From NCBI GenBank assembly GCA_951801955.1, contig CATOOV010000012.1:740-64739 (forward strand): 64,000 bases of DNA, given 5' to 3'. The notes under the pieces were generated by a model. That model saw nothing but the letters and a program-made list of their open reading frames with translations. It was not told where the DNA came from and did not search any database. The stretch comes from an uncultured Lachnospiraceae bacterium. GTDB lineage: Bacteria > Bacillota > Clostridia > Lachnospirales > Lachnospiraceae. A program made the translations under genes and the position numbers. Positions 30,695 through 41,607 of the stretch are shown in pieces (position 1 is the stretch's first letter; every line of letters starts with the position of its first letter).

Positions 30695-30771
30695 GCTCTT
30701 ATCACCTCAATTTAAGAATAACTTTTGCCCTCTTGCCGCGGGGATTCTTCCAGCTTCCCAGACAGAAAACT

Positions 30772-31494
30772 TTAATTTGCCTTTTTGTTCTTCAGCCGTT
30801 TCATATACTGAAGATATTGTTTTACAAACTCCCTATACCGCTGTTTTGCAAGAGGCACTTCTGCCCCATTATCCATGGTAATGCTTGCCGCACAATAACT
30901 GGACACATAGTGGAAATTCACCAGATAACTTCTGTGAGGGCTAATAAAATCCTCCCCCAGCTCCTGTCTTAAATCGGATAATTTCCCATAATATTCGAAC
31001 TTTTCCTGGGTACTGTACAACGTTATCTTTCGGTTCTGCACTTCTGCGTAGATAATCCCTTCTACATCTATCCTGCGTGTCACGGCGCCAGATTTTATTA
31101 CAATGCTTTTGCCTTGTTCTTTTTTCTCCTGCCTTATTTCCTCTGCCCTTTTTACCGCAAGTTCCATCACATGATAAAACTTTTCCTTTTTTAAAGGCTT
31201 TAGCAAATAGTGGAACGCTTCCACATCAAATGCCTGGAACACATACGCCTCCCATGCAGTGAGAAAAATCAGCACAGATTTCACACCATTCCTGCGAATC
31301 TGCCTTGCAGTCTCCAGGCCGTCCATGCCGTCCAGCTTAACATCCAGAAAAATAATATCCAGCCCCGCTGCTTCCTCAAGTAATTCCTCCCCGCTTTCAT
31401 ACTCCTGTACCTGAAAAGAAGGATATACTCTTTTCACCTGTTCCACAAGGGTTTTTCGCACAAAACGTTCATCGTCGCAAACTCCAACCTTCAA
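30772..31494 (-). CDS. LytTR family response regulator
   Basis: Motifs VCDDE, FLDVKL, YLLKP and HRSYLVN. Confidence 0.95.
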   Translation of the reverse strand: MKVGVCDDERFVRKTLVEQVKRVYPSFQVQEYESGEELLEEAAGLDIIFLDVKLDGMDGLETARQIRRNGVKSVLIFLTAWEAYVFQAFDVEAFHYLLKPLKKEKFYHVMELAVKRAEEIRQEKKEQGKSIVIKSGAVTRRIDVEGIIYAEVQNRKITLYSTQEKFEYYGKLSDLRQELGEDFISPHRSYLVNFHYVSSYCAASITMDNGAEVPLAKQRYREFVKQYLQYMKRLKNKKAN

Positions 31495-31655
31495 ACTATT
31501 TCACCTCTACCGTTTTCTATCGGGCTTTTTTAAACAGACATACCAGTTTTTGATGTAAACCCGCTTTTTTTTGTTGTCAACCGTTTACATTCCTTTCACC
31601 GAACTTTTATGGTCCTGTGTCAAGTACTATTGCAAAACACACTTCCACTGAGCTT

Positions 31656-32891
31656 TTATTCTTCTAGTAAAAATTCGCTAAGCGCGTAATTGCTCACAGA
31701 AATTCCTGTTTCTGTGAGAAATATCCTGCCTTCCTGCCTTCCCAGCAATCCCTGCCGCTGCAATTTTTTCAACACATTTCCATAAATGCTTTCCAGTTCT
31801 AAGCCAAATCTTTCTTCAAATGCGCTTCTCAAAACCCCATCTGTCATCCGAAGCCCCAGAAACATAAATTCTTCCATTTGCTGTTTTTTATTTAGGAAAC
31901 ACAGGGATTGTTCCTGGTTTCCCTGGGAAAAGCTTAAGGATTCGCTGGGACTTTTATTCAAAATCTTCTCCAAATCCCCAAAATTCCCCTTTAAGTACCC
32001 TGAAAGTCCTGTGGTATTAGAAAACCTTATATTTTCCAGGAAGGAAGAACTCCCCAGTCCCAGCCCCAGATAGGGAACCATCTGCCAATACCCGATGTTA
32101 TGGCGGCACGCTCTGCCTGGCAGGGCATAATTTGAGATTTCATATCTCCTATACCCTTTTTGCCCTAATAACTCCTGCGTCATTTGATACATCTGCCGCT
32201 CTGTCTTTTCATTTGGTAGATCTTTTGGCTCCACCCCCTGTTCCCGACACAGCTCATCTTCCCCATATTGCTCATAAAAAGGCGTTCCTGGCTCCACAAT
32301 CAGGCTGTATGCCGAAATGTGCTCTGGCCTGGTCTCTAACACTCTTTTTAAGGTGTATTCCCAGTCCTGGAGCGTCTGGTTTGGCAGTGCAGAGATCACA
32401 TCCACATTGATATTGGTAAAACCTATTTTTCGCGCCAGGTCAAAACTAACCAAAAAATCCTGAAACGTATGGATCCTTCCAATCCTCTGTAATTCCCTGT
32501 TACTTGCAGACTGCAGTCCCAAACTAAGACGGTTAATGCCTGCAGCTTTGTAAAAAATCAGTTTCTGCCTGGTCAATGTCCCTGGATTGCATTCCACAGT
32601 GATCTCTGCATCCTCCCTGATACAAAAATTCTGCCGCAGGGCATCCATAAGTTCCTTGATCTGTACTCCTGGAAGGAGGGAAGGGGTTCCGCCTCCAAAA
32701 AATACACTGGAAACAAGATATCCGCTGCAGGCTTTCGATTTGCATTTGATTTCTTCCAGCAACATATCCACATAATGCCTGCGGAGAGTTTCTTCCGCAG
32801 GCATTGACAGGAAATCACAATAATAACATTTTCGTACACAGAAAGGAATATGGAGATATAATTCCAATTCCCTTTTGCTTTCATTTTTCAT
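31656..32891 (-). CDS. hemW: Radical SAM heme chaperone HemW (HemN-like)
   Basis: LYLHIPFCVRKCYYCDF, GGGTPS and HNIGYW; downstream of lepA. Confidence 0.88.
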   Translation of the reverse strand: MKNESKRELELYLHIPFCVRKCYYCDFLSMPAEETLRRHYVDMLLEEIKCKSKACSGYLVSSVFFGGGTPSLLPGVQIKELMDALRQNFCIREDAEITVECNPGTLTRQKLIFYKAAGINRLSLGLQSASNRELQRIGRIHTFQDFLVSFDLARKIGFTNINVDVISALPNQTLQDWEYTLKRVLETRPEHISAYSLIVEPGTPFYEQYGEDELCREQGVEPKDLPNEKTERQMYQMTQELLGQKGYRRYEISNYALPGRACRHNIGYWQMVPYLGLGLGSSSFLENIRFSNTTGLSGYLKGNFGDLEKILNKSPSESLSFSQGNQEQSLCFLNKKQQMEEFMFLGLRMTDGVLRSAFEERFGLELESIYGNVLKKLQRQGLLGRQEGRIFLTETGISVSNYALSEFLLEE

Positions 32892-32907
32892 TTGTTTTCT
32901 CCATTTA

Positions 32908-34722
32908 CTACTTATCATCCAACTTCAATACGCTCATAAATGCCTTCTGTGGAATTTCCACATTTCCGATTTGGCGCATCCGCTTCTTGCCTTCTTTTTG
33001 TTTTTCCAACAATTTCCGTTTTCTGGAAATATCTCCGCCATAACACTTTGCAAGCACATCCTTGCGCATTGCTTTTACGGTTTCCCTAGCTATTACCTTG
33101 CTTCCCACTGCCGCCTGAATGGGAATTTCAAACAAATGCCGTGGAATTTCCTCTTTGAGCTTCTCACACATTTTTCTGCCACGTTCGTACGCCGTCCCAC
33201 TGTGGACAATAAAGGACAAAGCGTCTACCTCTTCCTTGTTGATCAATATATCCAGCTTTACCAATTCAGACCGGGCATAGCCCTTCATCTCATAATCAAA
33301 GGAAGCATAACCTCTGGAACGGGATTTCAGCGCATCAAAGAAGTCATAAATAATCTCATTCAAGGGCAGGTCATACTTTAAAAGGGCACGGGTTTCTTCC
33401 ATATATTCCATACTGATATATGTTCCCCGCCGCTCCTGGCACAAATCCATAATGGCACCAATAAATTCGCTGGTAACCATAATTTCCGCGCTGACAAGAG
33501 GTTCTTCCATATATTCAATTTCCGCTGGATCCGGCAGATTGGAGGGGTTTGTCAGCTCAACCACCTCTCCATTGGTCTTATGGACCTTATAAATAACACC
33601 AGGAGCCGTAGTCACCAAATCCAGATTGTACTCCCGCTCCAGACGCTCCTGAATAATCTCTAAATGCAGCAGCCCCAGAAATCCGCAGCGGAATCCAAAC
33701 CCCAGTGCAATAGAAGTCTCCGGCTCAAACTGCAAGGCTGCGTCGTTTAACTGCAGTTTCTCTAAGGCGTCCCGAAGGTCAGGGTATTTTGCGCCGTCTG
33801 CCGGATACATCCCACAATACACCATAGAATTTACCTTCTTATAACCTGGCAGGGGTTCCTTGCAGGGATTTGCGACGTCTGTAATGGTATCTCCCACCTG
33901 GGTGTCCCTGACATTTTTCAGGCTTGCCGTGATATATCCCACCATCCCGGCACTCAATTCCTCACAAGGGATAAACTGCCCGGCTCCAAAATATCCTACC
34001 TCCACCACATCTGCCGTCGCTTTGGTTGCCATCATCAAAATGGCGGTTCCCACCCGCACAGTCCCCTCTTTGATTCTGCAAAATACAATGACTCCCTTAT
34101 AAGAATCATACAAAGAATCAAAAATCAAAGCCTGCAGGGGATGATCTGGGCTCCCCCCAGGAGAAGGAATTTTTTCCACAATCTGCTCTAACACATCTTC
34201 AATATTCAATCCGGTTTTTGCAGAAATCTGTGGGGCGTCCTGTGCCTCCAGCCCAATCACATCTTCAATTTCCTCTATCACACGTTCTGGCTGTGCACTG
34301 GGCAAATCAATTTTATTGATCACCGGAAGCACATCCAAGTCATGGTCTAAGGCAAGGTACACATTGGCAAGGGTCTGCGCCTCAATTCCCTGCGCCGCGT
34401 CCACCACAAGGACGGCTCCGTCACAGGCCGCAAGGCTTCTTGACACCTCATAGTTGAAATCTACATGTCCCGGCGTGTCAATCAGGTTAAAAATATATTC
34501 TTCCCCATCCTTTGCCTTGTATACAATACGGACAGCTTGTGCCTTAATGGTAATTCCCCTTTCCCGCTCCAACTCCATATTGTCCAACACCTGCGCCTGC
34601 ATTTCCCGGCTGGTAAGCAGCCCTGTCTTTTCAATCATCCGGTCAGCAAGGGTTGATTTTCCGTGATCTATATGTGCGATAATACAAAAATTTCTGATTT
34701 TACTTTGATCAATTACTGCCAT
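32908..34722 (-). CDS. lepA: Elongation factor 4 (LepA)
   Basis: Motifs [32 protein letters not shown] and [14 protein letters not shown]. Confidence 0.99.
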   Translation of the reverse strand: MAVIDQSKIRNFCIIAHIDHGKSTLADRMIEKTGLLTSREMQAQVLDNMELERERGITIKAQAVRIVYKAKDGEEYIFNLIDTPGHVDFNYEVSRSLAACDGAVLVVDAAQGIEAQTLANVYLALDHDLDVLPVINKIDLPSAQPERVIEEIEDVIGLEAQDAPQISAKTGLNIEDVLEQIVEKIPSPGGSPDHPLQALIFDSLYDSYKGVIVFCRIKEGTVRVGTAILMMATKATADVVEVGYFGAGQFIPCEELSAGMVGYITASLKNVRDTQVGDTITDVANPCKEPLPGYKKVNSMVYCGMYPADGAKYPDLRDALEKLQLNDAALQFEPETSIALGFGFRCGFLGLLHLEIIQERLEREYNLDLVTTAPGVIYKVHKTNGEVVELTNPSNLPDPAEIEYMEEPLVSAEIMVTSEFIGAIMDLCQERRGTYISMEYMEETRALLKYDLPLNEIIYDFFDALKSRSRGYASFDYEMKGYARSELVKLDILINKEEVDALSFIVHSGTAYERGRKMCEKLKEEIPRHLFEIPIQAAVGSKVIARETVKAMRKDVLAKCYGGDISRKRKLLEKQKEGKKRMRQIGNVEIPQKAFMSVLKLDDK

Positions 34723-34753
34723 ACTATGTCTCCCTTCAAACAATTTCTTGTAT

Positions 34754-35737
34754 TCATTCTTTCCTGCTGTATTTCACAATCAACAGCTCCACCGCAATCT
34801 GGTCATTGAGTTTACCTGTCTTGACATCTTCTTCTGTCTGGACGCAGTCTTCCACCGCTTCCTGAAGTTGTCCTTTGGTAAAATGTTCTGCCTGGGCAAG
34901 ATTTTTGCGCACTGCAAATTCTGGTATTCCAGCCTTGGACGCCATAAATTTATGGTCATACCCGCGATCTGACAAGTCTTTTAATTGCAGCAAAATATGA
35001 AACTGGCGTGCAATCAGGAATAAAATCCGCATAGGCGGCTCCTTTAACGCCAGCAAGTCATAATACAACTCTAACGCCTTCCTCTGTTGCTGGGACGCCA
35101 TCTGCTCCACCATCTGAAAAATCTTTCCCGTTGTCTGTACCACACAGACTGCTTCCACATCTTCTGTGGAAACCACATCCCGGCAAAGGGTATAACAGAA
35201 CAATTTCTCCAATTCTTTATCAATATTTTCCATATCGTTTCCAGTTTTTTCCAAAAACAACTGCATATCAGCATGGGTAATTTTTTTCCCCTCCTGTTTC
35301 ATCCTGGACAAAATCCACCGCGTCAACACTGCGTCTGTCTGTCTTGCAAACTCTACCACTCTCCCTGCCTTCTTTACTGCCTTGTACATTTTGCCGCGCT
35401 TATCCACGTCATCCTCTACAAACACAAAACAGGTTGTCTCAGAAATCTGTTTCATATAGTCGGCAAGCTCATCACAGGGACTTTTAAATACTCCGCTGTT
35501 TTCCAGCAAAATCAGCCTGCGTTCTGCAAAAAAAGGAAGCGTCTCTGCAAAGTCTATCAGTTCACCGGGATTAAAATTTTTCCCTTCATACATGGCAACA
35601 TTCATCGTATCTTCTGAAGCTGCAAGCGCCTGTCTCAATTTCTGTTTGTACTGCCTTTTTAAATACCTTTCCTCACCATACAGCAGATATACCGGCTGAA
35701 AACTTCCTTTTTTGATATCTTCGTCAATCCCTTTCAT
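34754..35737 (-). CDS. holA: DNA polymerase III delta subunit
   Basis: [21 protein letters not shown] and ELEKL; downstream of comEC. Confidence 0.92.
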   Translation of the reverse strand: MKGIDEDIKKGSFQPVYLLYGEERYLKRQYKQKLRQALAASEDTMNVAMYEGKNFNPGELIDFAETLPFFAERRLILLENSGVFKSPCDELADYMKQISETTCFVFVEDDVDKRGKMYKAVKKAGRVVEFARQTDAVLTRWILSRMKQEGKKITHADMQLFLEKTGNDMENIDKELEKLFCYTLCRDVVSTEDVEAVCVVQTTGKIFQMVEQMASQQQRKALELYYDLLALKEPPMRILFLIARQFHILLQLKDLSDRGYDHKFMASKAGIPEFAVRKNLAQAEHFTKGQLQEAVEDCVQTEEDVKTGKLNDQIAVELLIVKYSRKE

Positions 35738-35831
35738 CCATGTTTCCCTCCATTCTATCCGTTTTTCAGCACAACGTGCCCTACGGGTGCAAACAGGCAG
35801 TGAGTGAAAGAATTCACAACTTCTTTTCCCC

Positions 35832-38426
35832 TTACCTCTTTGTCTTCCAAGCCGCCTTGCTTGTCTTAAGCTTTGCCGCTTCTGACTTCCTTCTATCATA
35901 CACTATTTCAGGTAAATATGTCCATACCCGGATGTCAGCGCCCTCTGGCTTCACCTTTATCTGTCCATGTTCCATTGTGCAAAATACCTTGCTTTTTGTC
36001 TGTATGATTCGTTCTAATGCCTCTTTGCCAGGATGTCCGTAAGAATTTTTTGCACTGCAGGAAATCACAGTCATTTTTGGGGAAAGCGCCTCCAAAAATT
36101 CCTGGCTGTTGGAACTGTTAGAGCCGTGATGCGCAGCCTTATAAAACTGGATGTTCTCTATACCATATGTTTTTAAAATATTTTCTTTTAATAGTTTTTG
36201 TTCTTGTTCCCTTCCAATATCGCCCGTAAAAATTCCTGTAAAATCCTGATACTGTACAGCTACCACCAGGGATGCTGCATTTCGATCTGAATCAGCCGTC
36301 TCTTTTTCTGTCTGGGCTTTTGTCCTGCGTTTTTTTGCCGTTCCTGGCGCAAGTACGGTAAATACAGTATCTTTCGTTCCAAATTCCATTCCTGGATTTA
36401 CATACAAAATCTTGGTTCCTGCTTTTTTCGCTAACTGTACCAACTCCTCCATTGCCTGATCCTTAACCATGCCTTGGGCGAGCACCAGGTATTCCACCGG
36501 AAATCCTTCCTGTAAAACCTCTTCCAACCCGCTGATATGGTCTGCGTCGGCATGGCTTACCACCCATCCGCGTATGGAAGAAATCCCTTTGGATTTTAGA
36601 AATGGCAAAATCCGGTATTTTCCCACTTGTTTCACATTACTGCTCCCTCCGTCCACAAAAAAAGCCGCTCCCTCCTCTGTCTGAATCAAACTTCCGTCCC
36701 CCTGCCCCACATCCAGCATATGAATCTCAAACTGAGGGCTTTCGCGCACAAACAACAGGCACATGCACGCAATTCCAACCCCTGCAAACCAGTATTTTTT
36801 CCTGCTGTTCCAAACCAGATACAGGCAAACCGCCAAAACCCCGTAATAAAAAACCACCAGCTCGGCGGAAGGCATCCCAGTAATCAGTTTTGCCCCTGGC
36901 AAATCCAAAAACATCCGGCAAATCGCTTCATTCAAAGACAAAATCCATCCGGCAGGAGCCAACAACACTGTTCCCAAAAAGGGAACCAAAGATCCAAAAA
37001 TTCCTCCCACAATTCCTAAAAACAAAAGAATTCCAAAAAACGGCAAGATGCACCCATTGACAAGGACGCTAAAGCATGGTATCTCATAAGAAATATACAA
37101 GGTCAACGGTAGTGTTGCAAGCTGGATACAGATACTGGCAAACATGGTTTCCCTAATATTTAACCGTATTCTCTGCAAAAAATCCAGGCATAATTCCTTG
37201 CCTTCGCCAAACCAATAGAATTGCCGAGGATTTTCTGTCTTTGTTTTCTTGCAATCTTTTAACGCTTTCTTGGGATTTTTCTCTTTTGCTTTTCGGCATT
37301 CCTTTAACGCTTCCTTGGGATTCTCTGATTCTTGCTCCCTCTGGACATCTTTTAAAATCTTTGGTATTACTGTCACACCCAAGACAGCGCTGTAAGAAAG
37401 CAAAAAACCTGTATTCTCAATTAAAAAAGGGTTGCTGGCAAGCTGCACCATTGCCAAGACGGACAATGCCGACACAGAATCATAACTGTACCCAAGAATT
37501 TGAGCCGCCATCAACAATACAAACATACCTGCTGCACGGCAAATGGAAACTTCCATTCCAGAAAGCAGTCCAAAACTACAGACCACCCCTATTGCAGACA
37601 ATGCCGACGCTTTCTTGGACCCTCCCAGCTTTTGCAGAAGGTGCAAAGCCCCCATACCAAGAAGCGACACATGAAGGCCGGAAACCGCAAGGATATGGGA
37701 AATTCCTGCCTGTTGATATATTTCCTTCAGTTGCTGATTCATCAAACTTCTGTCTCCCAACACCAGGTTTGCCATCACGCCGGCATCTTTTTCTTTCATG
37801 GAACGGACAAACACCTTTTTGATCGTCTCACGAATTTTTCTTAAGAACACAAGATATCTGTTTTCTTTTGCCGAGATCAGCTCCTCCCTGTTGGAACGGA
37901 CGCCAAACTCCCATTTTTTACTCTGCTGAAATTGTTTTTCATTGAAATTGCCCTGATTGCGGGATATTTGAAATGGCGCGTACCTTCCAGTCACTTTTAG
38001 AATATTTCCTGGCTGGTACTGCATACTAGAACTATAAACTAGAATCCCATAACTGGGATAAACCTTATTGCCCACCCTCACTTGTGTGCCTGTAAGATAA
38101 TAAATCCATTGTTGTTCCTTTTTCTCTTTCCTGGAAACCTTTCCCTGTACAACCACTTCTTGCCCTTTTGCAAGAAGCCCCTCCAAATCCATTCGCACCG
38201 CCTCCTTTGCCTGTACATGGGCGGCGCCAATAGAAAACAAGCAAATACAGGGAAGCAGCCGCAAAAGGCTTGCATAACCAACCCTTTTATGGTCTCGAAG
38301 GATTCCAACTGCTACGATACTCAGCAGCAACAGCTCCCCACACACAGCCACTGTCTCTCCGCCGCTTCCATAACAGATTCCCAATATGAGAGAAAGGCAC
38401 ATACAGCAAACAGTTCGTTTTACCAT
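35832..38426 (-). CDS. comEC: ComEC/Rec2 DNA uptake channel with a metallo-beta-lactamase domain
   Basis: Motifs NQGNFNE, GISHILAVSGLHV, DVGQGD, SHADADH, HHGS and NSYGHP. Confidence 0.95.
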   Translation of the reverse strand: MVKRTVCCMCLSLILGICYGSGGETVAVCGELLLLSIVAVGILRDHKRVGYASLLRLLPCICLFSIGAAHVQAKEAVRMDLEGLLAKGQEVVVQGKVSRKEKKEQQWIYYLTGTQVRVGNKVYPSYGILVYSSSMQYQPGNILKVTGRYAPFQISRNQGNFNEKQFQQSKKWEFGVRSNREELISAKENRYLVFLRKIRETIKKVFVRSMKEKDAGVMANLVLGDRSLMNQQLKEIYQQAGISHILAVSGLHVSLLGMGALHLLQKLGGSKKASALSAIGVVCSFGLLSGMEVSICRAAGMFVLLMAAQILGYSYDSVSALSVLAMVQLASNPFLIENTGFLLSYSAVLGVTVIPKILKDVQREQESENPKEALKECRKAKEKNPKKALKDCKKTKTENPRQFYWFGEGKELCLDFLQRIRLNIRETMFASICIQLATLPLTLYISYEIPCFSVLVNGCILPFFGILLFLGIVGGIFGSLVPFLGTVLLAPAGWILSLNEAICRMFLDLPGAKLITGMPSAELVVFYYGVLAVCLYLVWNSRKKYWFAGVGIACMCLLFVRESPQFEIHMLDVGQGDGSLIQTEEGAAFFVDGGSSNVKQVGKYRILPFLKSKGISSIRGWVVSHADADHISGLEEVLQEGFPVEYLVLAQGMVKDQAMEELVQLAKKAGTKILYVNPGMEFGTKDTVFTVLAPGTAKKRRTKAQTEKETADSDRNAASLVVAVQYQDFTGIFTGDIGREQEQKLLKENILKTYGIENIQFYKAAHHGSNSSNSQEFLEALSPKMTVISCSAKNSYGHPGKEALERIIQTKSKVFCTMEHGQIKVKPEGADIRVWTYLPEIVYDRRKSEAAKLKTSKAAWKTKR

Positions 38427-38455
38427 GGACTTCCCCCTATCCTCTCTCTTCCGCT

Positions 38456-38515
38456 GCTTTTTCTTTTCCTGCTTTTTCTTTTCCTACTTTTTCTTTTCCT
38501 ACTTTTTCTTTTCCT
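38456..38515. repeat. 15-bp VNTR of 4 units spanning the GerMN gene stop codon
   Basis: (G/A)CTTTTTCTTTTCCT x4. Confidence 0.95.
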
Positions 38516-39464
38516 TTTTATTCTTTTTGTCCTTCTTTTGTGCCTTTCCATCCATATAATCTAAATTCCTCTCATACATAGTACCCAGTTCCATTTTCTC
38601 ACGGTAAGCCAAATTGCTGTCCCCGTTCACAGAAATATGGACTTTATTGATATTTGGCAATTCTGCCAATGAATTGACAATGGAATAGATCACCACCGGT
38701 TCTGTGATCTCATAATTTTGATTTAAAAATCCTTCGCTAAGATTCACAAAACACGTGCCGTCCAGTACAGACACCCCTACAAGCTTTGTGCCGTCTGGAA
38801 TCGCTGATCGCCCCTTCTTTCCCACCGGACCTTTTAACAACTGTTCCATCACAAGTTTTTCCAGTGAAATATTGCTGTTATAATGAATCTCCTGGATCTC
38901 CTGCACCAAACCGTCTCCCGCCTGATTAGAAAAATACAGGGTAATGTTTGCCGTCTGGATGGTATTAATCTGCTCTCCTGGATTCTCAATAAAACTGTCT
39001 GCTGTCATCAGCCCTACTGGGGTTCCATCATCATCTACCAGGGGAGTGTCACCAATATAAAAAGAAATGCATTCCACATCTTCCACTTGAATTAAAGTCC
39101 GAACAATAGCGGAACGGCACAATACCTCTTCAATATTGTCCATCTCCCCATAAGCGCTGTTAAAATAAAGATATAATTGTCCATCTTTAAATTTCCAGGC
39201 TTCCACTTTGACATCTTTGGGCACAGGCTTACGGTAATCTGGGTCATCCGTATCTTGAAAGAGTATCTTGAGAAACTCCTTGATCATAGCCTTTGCACCG
39301 GTCTCTTTGGGCTCATAACCTACAGCAACTGTCTTGGTCTTCTCTTTGTTCATATAAAAAATATAATACTCTGAAGCCTCCTCCTTATTTCCTCCGCAGC
39401 CAATCACTTCTGTCATACACAGCAGGAAACAAACTAAAATCGGCTTCCATCTTACTATTTTCAT
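38499..39464 (-). CDS. Lipoprotein with two GerMN domains
   Basis: Lipobox VIGC; two GerMN-like halves (AIVRTLIQVEDV and YSIVNSLAELPNINKV). Confidence 0.85.
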   Translation of the reverse strand: MKIVRWKPILVCFLLCMTEVIGCGGNKEEASEYYIFYMNKEKTKTVAVGYEPKETGAKAMIKEFLKILFQDTDDPDYRKPVPKDVKVEAWKFKDGQLYLYFNSAYGEMDNIEEVLCRSAIVRTLIQVEDVECISFYIGDTPLVDDDGTPVGLMTADSFIENPGEQINTIQTANITLYFSNQAGDGLVQEIQEIHYNSNISLEKLVMEQLLKGPVGKKGRSAIPDGTKLVGVSVLDGTCFVNLSEGFLNQNYEITEPVVIYSIVNSLAELPNINKVHISVNGDSNLAYREKMELGTMYERNLDYMDGKAQKKDKKNKKEKKK

Positions 39465-39474
39465 GAAAATCCTC

Positions 39475-40893
39475 CTACACAATATAGGTCAGTGGAATCC
39501 GAACTGTAAAAATCGTCCCTTCCCCTTCCTTACTGTGGGCTTTGATGGCGCCCCTGTGCATCAGCACGGCATTCCTGGTAATAGCAAGCCCAAGCCCTGT
39601 ACCGCCGATTTCCCTGGAATGGGATTTGTCTGCACGGAAAAACCTCTCATAAATATGCTCTAAACATTCCTCCGGAATACCGATTCCAGAGTCTTCCACA
39701 CGCACAAAGAAATATTTATGGTCCGCATTCAAAGATACATGCACCCATCCGTCTTCTTTGTTGTACTTAATCGCATTTTCCACCAGGTTTGAAAGCGCAA
39801 GGGTCATTTTCACCTCATCAATTTCTGCACTGACTGGACGGAAACTCTCCAGCACCAGTTCTATATTGCGCTTTTCTGCAATGGGGCGCAGACGCTTCAT
39901 AATCATTTCCAACAGCTCATTTACATTTGCCTGGGTAATATTGGGACCGCCTGCCGCCTTATCCATCTTTACCAGGGACAGCAGGTCATTGATAATTTTG
40001 TTCTCCCGTTCAATCTCCTCCGCAATATCATTCATAAAATCCTTGTACAGCTCCACCGGAACATCTTCCTGCCCCAACAGGGAATCTGCAAGAACTTTCA
40101 TGGAGGTCAGAGGGGTTTTCAATTCATGGGACACATTAGAAACAAATTCCTGCCTGGAATCATCAATCACCCGCATTCGCCCCAGCATCTCATTAAAGGC
40201 ATCTGAAATTGCTTCCGTCTCTGTATAATCAGAGATCATCAGCTCCTCCTGCTCATTTTCCGTCTGAATATCCTCCAAGGATTTTGTAAGTTTTCCAAAG
40301 GGCTGTACTAGGCGTTTGGCGCAAAACATGGCAAAAGCTAATATAATGACTGCGATTGCCAGCTCAATCACCTGTGCATTTTTCTTCAGGTAATCGTAGT
40401 TCATCATAATACTGTCTGTGGAGACACTCACCAGCATAACGCCCTGGTTTTCCTTGGTATCCGTATTTCTCAGGGGAATTGCCAGCTCGATATACCGGTT
40501 ATCTGCGTCATACTTATTGATCTCTTCCCCTTGAAAACTCTTTACCACTTCCTCGGAGATAATGGTCTTGCCCGCGTCCAAGCCATAAGTATCTTTTACA
40601 ATCTGAAAATGGTCATTGATAATCAAAATTCTGCCGTCATATATATTAGACAACTGCTCCAACTGGGTATTGACAATCTCTACAGAAGTATCTGTCATAT
40701 AATTGTATGTAACCACCTGGTTCCCCAATATTTTCACCTGGCTCATAATATCAATACTGCGGTTGGAAACTGCCTTGCTCTCATAACTGGCAAGAATTCC
40801 AAACCGCAAGATATAATTTGGCACAATTCCAATCAATGTGATAAGTAAAAGCAGCCGAAATTTCAGGCTGTGCAAAAATTTCAATTTTTTCAT
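39475..40893 (-). CDS. HAMP-HisKA-HATPase sensor kinase
   Basis: Motifs VSHELKTPL, NLVENAIKY, DSGIGI and GGTGLGLAI; two TM helices. Confidence 0.95.
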   Translation of the reverse strand: MKKLKFLHSLKFRLLLLITLIGIVPNYILRFGILASYESKAVSNRSIDIMSQVKILGNQVVTYNYMTDTSVEIVNTQLEQLSNIYDGRILIINDHFQIVKDTYGLDAGKTIISEEVVKSFQGEEINKYDADNRYIELAIPLRNTDTKENQGVMLVSVSTDSIMMNYDYLKKNAQVIELAIAVIILAFAMFCAKRLVQPFGKLTKSLEDIQTENEQEELMISDYTETEAISDAFNEMLGRMRVIDDSRQEFVSNVSHELKTPLTSMKVLADSLLGQEDVPVELYKDFMNDIAEEIERENKIINDLLSLVKMDKAAGGPNITQANVNELLEMIMKRLRPIAEKRNIELVLESFRPVSAEIDEVKMTLALSNLVENAIKYNKEDGWVHVSLNADHKYFFVRVEDSGIGIPEECLEHIYERFFRADKSHSREIGGTGLGLAITRNAVLMHRGAIKAHSKEGEGTIFTVRIPLTYIV

Positions 40894-40908
40894 CTTGGTC
40901 TCCGCTGC

Positions 40909-41598
40909 CTATCCCTGATAATAGTAACCTACGCCCCATTTGGTATGCACATATTTCGGCTCACTGGGATTGACCTCGATCTTTTCACGGAGACGCCTTA
41001 CATGTACATCCACCGTCCGCACATCTCCAGGATAGTCGCTGCCCCATACAAGGTTTAAAAGTTTTTCACGGCTGTATACCTTGTTTGGGTTCAGCACCAG
41101 AAGCGCCAAAAGGTCAAATTCCCTTGCGGTGACATTGATCTCTTTTCCTAAAATAAACAGGCGCCGGCTCTCACAATCCAAACGCATATCTTTATTCTCC
41201 ACAATCTTTGGATTTTCTTCTTTCCGCTGATTTGGGGAAGTCCTGCGCATAATTGCTTTGATACGTGCCTTCACTTCCAAAATATTAAATGGCTTTGTTA
41301 TGTAGTCATCGGCACCATATTCCAATCCCAAAATTTTATCCATATCGTCACCCTTTGCTGTCAGCATGATAATCGGCGCTTTAGAAAATTCCCGGATATG
41401 CTGGCAGACTTCAAAACCGTCCATTTTGGGCAGCATTACATCCAACAGTATCATGTCATAGGTATTTTCAGTCGCCAGCTTTAAAGCTTCCTCGCCGTCA
41501 TAGGCACAGTCAACCTCCATGCCGTCCTGCTCCAGACTAAAACGAATTCCTTTCACAATTAACTTCTCATCATCGACTACAAGAACCTTTTTTGCCAT
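40909..41598 (-). CDS. OmpR/WalR-like response regulator
   Basis: Motifs VVDDE, LDVMLP, GADDYITKPF and RTVDVHVRRLREK. Confidence 0.95.
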   Translation of the reverse strand: MAKKVLVVDDEKLIVKGIRFSLEQDGMEVDCAYDGEEALKLATENTYDMILLDVMLPKMDGFEVCQHIREFSKAPIIMLTAKGDDMDKILGLEYGADDYITKPFNILEVKARIKAIMRRTSPNQRKEENPKIVENKDMRLDCESRRLFILGKEINVTAREFDLLALLVLNPNKVYSREKLLNLVWGSDYPGDVRTVDVHVRRLREKIEVNPSEPKYVHTKWGVGYYYQG

Positions 41599-41607
41599 TA
41601 TTTCACC

